Below are positions 54,716 through 60,658 of a stretch of DNA of 60,658 bases, in pieces (position 1 is the stretch's first letter; each line of letters opens with the position of its first letter). The notes beneath the pieces are model-generated. The model was not told where the DNA came from. It saw only the letters and a program-made list of their open reading frames with translations, and ran no database searches. The translations under genes and the position numbers were made by a program. The DNA comes from a virus (lineage: Duplodnaviria; Caudoviricetes): positions 1 to 60,658 of the IMG/VR virus record IMGVR_UViG_3300037467_001807; one strand, 5' to 3'.

Positions 54716-54937
54716 TCATGCCGCGGCTTCCTGGCTCCGCGGATCGGCGCCCCTGGCCAGCTCGTCGAGCGACGCGACATCGAGATCGACGAGCGCCTGC
54801 CAGTATTCTCCAGGGATGCTGTTGCGGTCGGCCCAGCGCTGCGGTGTCGACTGGTGGACCTCGATGCCGGCGGCGGCGAGATCCCGCGCGAGCTTCGCAG
54901 CCCCGTGGTCCTGAACGATCTTCTGGTGCGTCCGCAT
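54716..54937 (-). CDS. Cro-like repressor
   Basis: GAAKLARDL...STPQRW..RNSIP.EYW; divergent from CI. Confidence 0.8.
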   Translation of the reverse strand: MRTHQKIVQDHGAAKLARDLAAAGIEVHQSTPQRWADRNSIPGEYWQALVDLDVASLDELARGADPRSQEAAA

Positions 54938-54949
54938 GAAGGCGAAGAT

Positions 54950-54986
54950 ACGACATTATGTGCTAACGGCAAGCACAATTTGTCGT
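54950..54986. promoter_or_regulatory. Right operators (two 15-bp sites) overlapping the cro promoter
   Basis: ACGACATTATGTGCT and AGCACAATTTGTCGT; minus-strand TTGCCG-N16-TATCTT 7 nt before the cro ATG. Confidence 0.8.
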
Positions 54987-55021
54987 TAGCCCGGCAGGAC
55001 GTCGATTGGCAGCTTCGTCGC

Positions 55022-55612
55022 ATGTCGATCGGGACACGGATCAAGAAGGCGCGCGAGGCTGCAGGCTGGTCACAGGGGCGCATCGCCAAGGCCGTCGGCA
55101 AGGAACAGACGACCGTCAGCTCCTGGGAGCGCGGCCGCACCGAACCAACCAGAGAAGATGTGATGCGGATCGCGGATGCGCTCTGCATCCCGGCTGCGAC
55201 ATTGGAGCTCGACGAGCTACGACCGGAACTGACGCGTCCGAAGGTACGACTCGTCGGGTACGTCGGAGCAGGCGCAGAAGCGCACTTTGCCTCGGCGGAC
55301 GACCCCGCCGAAGAAGTCGACGCACCCGAGGGAAGTACCGTGAACACCGTAGCCGCAGAAATCCGCGGCGCCAGCTTAGGCAAGGCTTTCGATCGATGGC
55401 TCGTCTTCTATGACGATGTCCGCTCGCCGGTCACTCCAGACCTCCACAACCAGCTCTGCGTCGTCGGAACCGGCGACCAGGTCCTGGTGAAGATCCTGCG
55501 ACCCGCTGGCGCACCGGATCGCTTCCACCTGATCTCCAACGCCGACGAAGAACCCCTCTTCGACCGAGAGGTCTTGTGGGCCGCTAAGGTCAAGAACCTG
55601 AAGCCGAGATAG
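55022..55612 (+). CDS. cI: CI-like repressor (XRE HTH + S24-like domain)
   Basis: RIKKAREAAGWSQ..IA..VG....TVSSWERG..EP; VGYVGAG, RGAS, VK. Confidence 0.9.
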   Translation: MSIGTRIKKAREAAGWSQGRIAKAVGKEQTTVSSWERGRTEPTREDVMRIADALCIPAATLELDELRPELTRPKVRLVGYVGAGAEAHFASADDPAEEVDAPEGSTVNTVAAEIRGASLGKAFDRWLVFYDDVRSPVTPDLHNQLCVVGTGDQVLVKILRPAGAPDRFHLISNADEEPLFDREVLWAAKVKNLKPR

Positions 55613-55632
55613 GGTCTCGGACCGGCTGATTC

Positions 55633-55692
55633 ACGACGCCTTGTCGTAGGTCAGCACATTTTGTGCTTGCCTGCCTTAGCACATTTTGTCAT
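55633..55692. promoter_or_regulatory. Left operators (three 15-bp sites) and early promoter
   Basis: ACGACGCCTTGTCGT, AGCACATTTTGTGCT, AGCACATTTTGTCAT; TTGCCT-N17-CATTGT. Confidence 0.8.
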
Positions 55693-55720
55693 TGTCTCTC
55701 CAACGACGCGGAGAGACCAG

Positions 55721-55993
55721 ATGCCGGACGGCAGCTTCTTCAACACCGCCTGCGAGATCGTGGCGACGCGGCCGCCGCTTCCGATCCGGAAGCTCAAGCC
55801 GGCACGCCACCTCGGCGAGTATGCCGCCGACCTACACATCGAGCGCGCCGGTGACGGTTACGCGCTGGTGGTGGTCAGCCACTGCATCGATCGCAACGGT
55901 GACAAGGACACCTTCACCGAGACGGTGAGCCGTCATGCCAGCCTCGGCGATGCCGTGGCCGCGATGCAGACCTTCGGCCCGGAGGCGGCGTGA
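55721..55993 (+). CDS. Hypothetical early protein
   Basis: GGAGAG SD; first gene after the operators. Confidence 0.7.
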   Translation: MPDGSFFNTACEIVATRPPLPIRKLKPARHLGEYAADLHIERAGDGYALVVVSHCIDRNGDKDTFTETVSRHASLGDAVAAMQTFGPEAA

Positions 55994-56157
55994 TGCGCGA
56001 CCTCAATCGCCTCATCGACATCGTCGCCGACGCCGAGGGAGCCGGCTGGGACCTCACGCATCCGCGGCTGCTCGACCGAGCCCGGAAGCGGCTCTGGGAC
56101 ATCCTCTGGGCGCGTGACCCGGAACTTGCGGAAACGATCTACGGAAAGGCGGCGTGA
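55993..56157 (+). CDS. Hypothetical early protein
   Basis: TGATG coupling on both sides; not in the ORF track. Confidence 0.6.
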   Translation: MRDLNRLIDIVADAEGAGWDLTHPRLLDRARKRLWDILWARDPELAETIYGKAA

Positions 56158-56354
56158 TGGAGCAGGTCACCCACTACAACTCGTCCAAGGGGCCGGTGGA
56201 GATCGCCTCCATGCCCCTGAAGTACGCGACGAACGCCTGCGAGAAGCTGAAGCGGGAACGCGCCGACGACAGCCGGGACAGCGAGATCGCCGCCCTCGAG
56301 GCCCACATCGCGAAGGTCCAGGCCGAGATCGAGGCTCAAGAGGCCGCGTCCTGA
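56157..56354 (+). CDS. Hypothetical early protein
   Basis: Coupled; YNSSKG.V.I..M...Y..NA motif and coiled coil. Confidence 0.65.
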   Translation: MEQVTHYNSSKGPVEIASMPLKYATNACEKLKRERADDSRDSEIAALEAHIAKVQAEIEAQEAAS

Positions 56355-56356
56355 CC

Positions 56357-56548
56357 ATGGACCTGGCGAAGGTCATGCGCGCCCTGAAGGCGATGGTCGA
56401 GGAGACCAACGGCATCTCGCCGATGCCGGTCGGCCTCGGCTTGGCCCGGTACCAGGCGCTCACGGCAGTCGCCGAAATCGAGGGGCACGCCGCTGCGGCG
56501 CGGCTAACCCCGCCACGTCCGTTCGCCGCTGCAGAACCGAGGAACTGA
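56357..56548 (+). CDS. Hypothetical early protein
   Basis: MDLAKVMRAL...; packed operon. Confidence 0.55.
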   Translation: MDLAKVMRALKAMVEETNGISPMPVGLGLARYQALTAVAEIEGHAAAARLTPPRPFAAAEPRN

Positions 56549-56549
56549 A

Positions 56550-56933
56550 ATGAACGTCATCGAGAAGTCCGCCCGGCAAGGCGACGTCATGCTGGTCCGG
56601 ATCGACAAGCTCCCGGAAGGCCTGATCCCGACGGAACGGGACCGGCTGGGCCGGATCGTCCTGGCGCACGGCGAGAAGTCCGGCCATGGCCACGCCATCC
56701 GCGATCCCTTCGTCTGCTCCTTCCGCCTCGCCACAACGGAGCCGGATCCGACCGGCGTCAGCGGCGGCGTCGACTACATCGAGGTCGGCGGTTCCGGCCC
56801 GGCGACGCTGAGCCACGAATACCAGAGCGGCGCCATGGCGGAACACGAGCCGATCCAGCTCCCGCCGGGGATCTACAAGATCGCGCTGCAGCGGGAATAC
56901 ACGCCGGCCGAAGTGGTCCGCGTCGTCGATTGA
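56550..56933 (+). CDS. His-rich beta protein (RQGDV family), partner of the DUF6745-like gene
   Basis: RQGDV, LAHGEKSGHGH, LSHE...EHEPIQLPPGIY...QREY. Confidence 0.8.
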   Translation: MNVIEKSARQGDVMLVRIDKLPEGLIPTERDRLGRIVLAHGEKSGHGHAIRDPFVCSFRLATTEPDPTGVSGGVDYIEVGGSGPATLSHEYQSGAMAEHEPIQLPPGIYKIALQREYTPAEVVRVVD

Positions 56934-56993
56934 TCGCGCCAGGCGCGGCTTCCGGGCCGCGCCCCCTCCCTTCCCTTCCTGGAGCCTGAAGCT

Positions 56994-58376
56994 GTGACCA
57001 AGCTCGCGCTGACGCCGGAACGGCGCCGCACCATCGAAGAAGCCCGTGACGAGTGGCTGCGGATCGGTCTCAGCACCGACCCGGCGGACTTCGGGGCCGC
57101 CGAAGCTGCGATCACGACGCTCTACGAGAGCATCGGGAAGAAGCGGCCGTACTTCGTAAAGCTCAGCTCCCCGCTCGCGGCCGAACTTTACATTAACCTC
57201 TACTGCGCTACCTGGCCGGCCGCCGCCGGGCCCGGCGGCCAAAAATCAAAGAGCCACACCGGGGGCCAGCTCAGGGACCAGCTCTGGGACCAGCTCGGGG
57301 ACCAGCTCTGGGACCAGCTCAGGGACCAGCTCGGGGACCAGCTCTGGGGCCAGCTCAGGGACCAGCTCGGGGACCAGCTCTGGGGCCAGCTCGGGGACCA
57401 GCTCTGGGACCAGCTCTGGGACCAGCTCAGGGGCCAGCTCTGGGACCAGCTCAGGGGCCAGCTCAGGGACCAGCTCAGGGACCAGCTCGGGGACCAGCTC
57501 TGGGACCAGCTCTGGGACCAGCTCAGGGACCAGCTCGGGGACCAGCTCTGGGACCAGCTCGGGGGCCAGCTCGGGGACCAGCTCGGGGACCAGCTCTGGG
57601 GCCAGCTCTGGGACCAGCTCAGGGACCAGCTCGGGGACCAGCTCAGGGGCCAGCTCTGGGAATCGCGGCTGCGGTTCACCTGGACCTGGTTCTACGGCGC
57701 CTGGGATTACCTCTGGCAGTGGTACGACGGCGGCCGCCGCGTCGGCATGGTGCTGCCGGAGAAACTCAACCAGCAGCTCGACGCCCATCTCACGGTCTGC
57801 CGCAGCATCGGCCTCTGGTACCCGTTCGACGACTTCGTCATCCTCACCGACCGCCCGGACACGATCCGGCGAGACACCCGGAACCGGCTGCACTGCGATG
57901 ACGGGCCGGCGCTCCGTTATCGCGACGGCTACAGCCTCTACTTCCTGAACGGCCTGCCGGTGACCCGGCAGATCGTGGAAGCTCCGGAGACGCTGACGGC
58001 GCACCAGGTGCGCGACGAGACGAACGCCGAGATCCGGCGGCACATGCTGGATCGCTATGCCGGTCTCCGCGGCTCCGCGGCGGCCGGGAAGTGGCTCGCC
58101 GACATCGGAGCGAAGCCGATCAGCTCCGTGGACATCACGGCGAAGATGCAGCCCTCTGGGCTCGCGATCTGGAAGCTCCAGAACGGCGACGCGCCGGTCC
58201 TGTGCAAGCTCTATCGCGCCGACATGCCAGACGACGAGCCGCTGGTGCTGCTCTTCGTGGTCTGCACCTCGACGGCCAAGGAGGTCTTCCTACGGGTCCC
58301 GCCTGACTTCACCGACGCCGCGCGCGCCCGGGACTGGACCTTCGGCGAGAGCCTCGCCGAAGCCGTGGAGACCTGA
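56994..58376 (+). CDS. DUF6745-like protein with 33 QL(W/R/G)(D/G) repeats
   Basis: RLHCDDGPALRYRDGY..Y..NG, NAEIRR, V.CTST...LRVPP...A.DWTFG. Confidence 0.85.
   Translation: MTKLALTPERRRTIEEARDEWLRIGLSTDPADFGAAEAAITTLYESIGKKRPYFVKLSSPLAAELYINLYCATWPAAAGPGGQKSKSHTGGQLRDQLWDQLGDQLWDQLRDQLGDQLWGQLRDQLGDQLWGQLGDQLWDQLWDQLRGQLWDQLRGQLRDQLRDQLGDQLWDQLWDQLRDQLGDQLWDQLGGQLGDQLGDQLWGQLWDQLRDQLGDQLRGQLWESRLRFTWTWFYGAWDYLWQWYDGGRRVGMVLPEKLNQQLDAHLTVCRSIGLWYPFDDFVILTDRPDTIRRDTRNRLHCDDGPALRYRDGYSLYFLNGLPVTRQIVEAPETLTAHQVRDETNAEIRRHMLDRYAGLRGSAAAGKWLADIGAKPISSVDITAKMQPSGLAIWKLQNGDAPVLCKLYRADMPDDEPLVLLFVVCTSTAKEVFLRVPPDFTDAARARDWTFGESLAEAVET
57267..57662 (+). repeat. 33 x 12-bp tandem repeat CAGCTC(T/A/G)GGG(A/G)C
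   Basis: Counted directly, 396 bp; last unit ends GAA. Confidence 0.95.
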
Positions 58377-58379
58377 GCG

Positions 58380-58646
58380 ATGCCGAACCGCATCGACAGG
58401 ATCAGGCGCAGCCAGGACCTTGTCCGGGACGGGATCGAGAGCCCCTTCGCCAGGCCGGTGCAGGAGCCGGTCTCGCCTGAGGTCGAGGCCTGGGCGCGCC
58501 AGCTCTGCATCGGGTTCGGTGACAGCCCGGACCGGCAGATCGGCAACCCGCCTCATCCGGCCTGGCGCGCCTGGGTCGGCTACGCCGAGCTCGCGGTGAA
58601 GGCCGCGGCAACGCTGGGCTACCGGAAGCAGGAGCTTGCCGCATGA
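58380..58646 (+). CDS. Hypothetical protein
   Basis: Packed operon; ARQLC..GDSPD...PAWRAW. Confidence 0.6.
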   Translation: MPNRIDRIRRSQDLVRDGIESPFARPVQEPVSPEVEAWARQLCIGFGDSPDRQIGNPPHPAWRAWVGYAELAVKAAATLGYRKQELAA

Positions 58647-58756
58647 CCCGGTTCGACTGGCGCCTGGTGCAGGCGATGCGGCTTGCAGCCGCCGCCGGCT
58701 TCGTCCTGCTCATCGTCGAGGTGATGTGGCTCCTGGCGCCGGAGCGGCTGCCATGA
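58643..58756 (+). CDS. Small single-TM protein
   Basis: ATGA coupling on both sides; hydrophobic core. Confidence 0.45.
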   Translation: MTRFDWRLVQAMRLAAAAGFVLLIVEVMWLLAPERLP

Positions 58757-58971
58757 CGCGCACCGAATACGAGGTCCTGACCCCGGTCGGCACGGTCCTG
58801 ATGCGGACGCCTGATGTCGAGATCGCCCGCGCCTTCGTCCGCAACCGGTCCAAGAAGGTCCCCGGTCTCCATCTCCGGATCGAGGCTGAGGAGACCACGG
58901 TGAAGCGCAGCCGCGTCGCGGTCCGTCCGAAGCGCCGGCCGGCGCCTCAGCTCAGGGTCGTGTCGGCATGA
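58753..58971 (+). CDS. Hypothetical protein
   Basis: ATGA coupling. Confidence 0.55.
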   Translation: MTRTEYEVLTPVGTVLMRTPDVEIARAFVRNRSKKVPGLHLRIEAEETTVKRSRVAVRPKRRPAPQLRVVSA

Positions 58972-59180
58972 CGGTCCTGACCCGCCACCAGTACGAGCTG
59001 CTCGACCGCATCGTCGATGCCGGGCCACGCGGCCTGCAGGTCTCCGACCTCGCCATGGGCGATGTCATCGGCCTCGCCATCGACGGGCTCGTCAGCATCG
59101 ACAGCGCCAGCCGGCGCGCCACGGCCACGGCCGAGGGCCTCGGCTTCTACCTCACCTCGAACCTCAGGAGCTTGGCATGA
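58968..59180 (+). CDS. Small wHTH-like protein
   Basis: LTRHQYELL...GLV...ATAEG. Confidence 0.55.
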   Translation: MTVLTRHQYELLDRIVDAGPRGLQVSDLAMGDVIGLAIDGLVSIDSASRRATATAEGLGFYLTSNLRSLA

Positions 59181-60013
59181 ACGCCCACGTCAAAACCCCG
59201 GAAGCCGCCGAAGACCAGGTGCCAGCGCTGATCGAGGTCACGGAACAGACCGCAGCCGATGTTCTCAAGGACGAAAAGAAGTTCGAGGCCTTCTACGGCC
59301 AGGTCGAAGCGGCGACGAAGACGCTGGTCGCCGACATCTCCAGCAAGGAGGGCCGCGAGGCCATCGCCTCGATGGCCTACAAGGTCTCGAAGACCAAGAC
59401 CGCGATCGACAAGATCCGGCTCCGGATCACCGAGGACTGGCGGAAGCAGACCGAGGAGGTCAACAAGGCCGGGAAGCGGATCAGCGCCCGGCTCGACGCC
59501 CTGCGCGACGAGGTCCGGAAGCCGCTGACGGAATGGGAGGCCACGGAAAAGGCCCGACAGGATGCCGTGGACGGCATCATGGCGACGTTCCGCGATGTGG
59601 CGCCCAAGTTCTCCGACACCGCCGAGGCCGTGGCGACCCGTCTCGCCGCGGTGAAGGCCACGGTCATCTCGCAAGAGACCTTCCGAGACCAGTACCCCGA
59701 GGCGATGCACCTGCAGGGTCAGGCCATCCAGGCGCTGACGGAGGCGCATGCCGCGCTGGTGCGCCAGGAAGCGGACCAGCGTGAGCTGGCGGAACTGCGG
59801 GCCAGCCGCGGCCAGGCCGAGACGACGGTCCAGGCTCCCCTCGCGGTCCCCACGGGTTCGGATGCTCCGGAGCCGGTCCAGGACCGCGGCGTCGCGACTG
59901 CCGAGACCCTGGCTGACCTGCAGCAGCGGGCTGGGCTGACACTGCAGCAGGCCAAGGCCGTGGTCATGGCGATCACCGCCGGCACGATCCGTCACGTCCG
60001 CATCGAGATCTGA
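59177..60013 (+). CDS. Phage coiled-coil protein
   Basis: DISSKEGREAIASMAYKVSKTKT...LRDEVRKPLTEWE; C-terminal G.IRHVRI. Confidence 0.75.
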   Translation: MNAHVKTPEAAEDQVPALIEVTEQTAADVLKDEKKFEAFYGQVEAATKTLVADISSKEGREAIASMAYKVSKTKTAIDKIRLRITEDWRKQTEEVNKAGKRISARLDALRDEVRKPLTEWEATEKARQDAVDGIMATFRDVAPKFSDTAEAVATRLAAVKATVISQETFRDQYPEAMHLQGQAIQALTEAHAALVRQEADQRELAELRASRGQAETTVQAPLAVPTGSDAPEPVQDRGVATAETLADLQQRAGLTLQQAKAVVMAITAGTIRHVRIEI

Positions 60014-60023
60014 GCCCCCAGGC

Positions 60024-60260
60024 ATGGACTATCACAGCGCCGATACCCGCCTGCCAGGCGAGGCTCCCGAGGTCACGCGCTGGACCGCGGCGCGCAAGGA
60101 CGAGCTGCTGCGTCGGATCCGGCGCGGCGAGCTCTCCGAACCCGAGGCCTGCGCCCGCTGGGGCTTCACGCCTGAGGAGATTGCGGCCTGGAGGCAGCGG
60201 TCGGCGCGGTTCGGGTTCCAGGGCCTCAAGGCGACAACGCTGCAGGTGAAACGGCCGTGA
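60024..60260 (+). CDS. sciP: SciP (DUF1153) CtrA-inhibitor homologue
   Basis: RW...RK.E.....R.G.LS..EAC.R...T.EE..AW.....R.G..GL..T..Q pattern matches recalled Caulobacter SciP. Confidence 0.8.
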   Translation: MDYHSADTRLPGEAPEVTRWTAARKDELLRRIRRGELSEPEACARWGFTPEEIAAWRQRSARFGFQGLKATTLQVKRP

Positions 60261-60658
60261 CCAACTTCGAAGAGCAGGAGTGCATCAGCTGCTTTGTCCG
60301 CTTCGGAGTCCCGAAAGGCTTCACCGCGGCGCGGCGGCAGGACAAGCGCTCCTTCTACTGCCCCAACGGGCACAGCATGTCCTACACGCGTAGCACCGCC
60401 GACGAGCTCCGCGACCAGCTCGCTGCGAAGGAGCGAGAAGCCCAGAACGCAAAGGCCGAAGCCGAGCGGGAGCGGCGCTGGCGCATCGAAGCCCGCGAGG
60501 ACCAGCGCGCCCTGGAGCGGCGGCTCGCCGCGCAGCGCGGCGTCACCACCAGGATGAAGAACCGGGTCGCGAACGGCGTCTGTCCCTGCTGCAACCGGAC
60601 CTTCGTCAACCTGCAGCGCCACATGGCGTCGAAACATGCCGGCTTCGTGGCTGAGGAA
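60257..60658 (+). CDS. Zinc-finger/coiled-coil protein continuing across the circular junction to 181
   Basis: CISC...YCPNGH, coiled coil, CPCCNRTF..LQRHM..KH; GTGA and ATGA couplings. Confidence 0.75.
   Translation, partial: MTNFEEQECISCFVRFGVPKGFTAARRQDKRSFYCPNGHSMSYTRSTADELRDQLAAKEREAQNAKAEAERERRWRIEAREDQRALERRLAAQRGVTTRMKNRVANGVCPCCNRTFVNLQRHMASKHAGFVAEE
60511..60658. repeat. Terminal overlap copy 2
   Basis: Matches 1-148 with one mismatch. Confidence 0.95.

Noticed and set aside
57267-57662. CRISPR array or DGR variable region
   Set aside because: Contiguous 12-bp in-frame units with no spacers; no reverse transcriptase or template repeat found in the genome
57200-58043. Antisense ORFs with PELV / WSQS repeats
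   Set aside because: By-product of the stop-free 12-bp repeat; the sense frame carries the recognisable domain

Overview
The window is an apparently complete, circularly permuted genome (~60.5 kb; positions 1-148 recur at 60511-60658 with one mismatch) of a GC-rich temperate siphovirus of an Alphaproteobacterium, plausibly Caulobacteraceae (host is inferred). It is captured in the excised form, with a tyrosine integrase next to an attP carrying the 3' 61 nt of a tRNA-Ser(TGA). A CI/Cro switch with five 15-bp operators separates two arms. The plus-strand early arm carries a His-rich protein plus a DUF6745-like protein with 33 x 12-bp repeats, a SciP homologue, a HerA-like ATPase, a 7-repeat Myb/GcrA-like protein, xis and int. 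The minus-strand arm carries recombination and replication genes (RusA, Sak4, SSB, Cas4-like nuclease, helicase, GcrA homologue, helicase-MTase fusion, primase), an iteron origin, a NusG-like antiterminator, and then the head, a GTA-like tail and the lysis and accessory genes. The most notable points are: (i) a possible phage copy of the host cell-cycle circuit (SciP and GcrA homologues, with CtrA-box-like and GANTC sites in control regions); (ii) a tail-tip protein ending in poly-Gly plus a Hint autoprocessing domain; (iii) the repeat-variable DUF6745-like two-gene module. All family assignments come from motif recognition by eye, and no searches were run.
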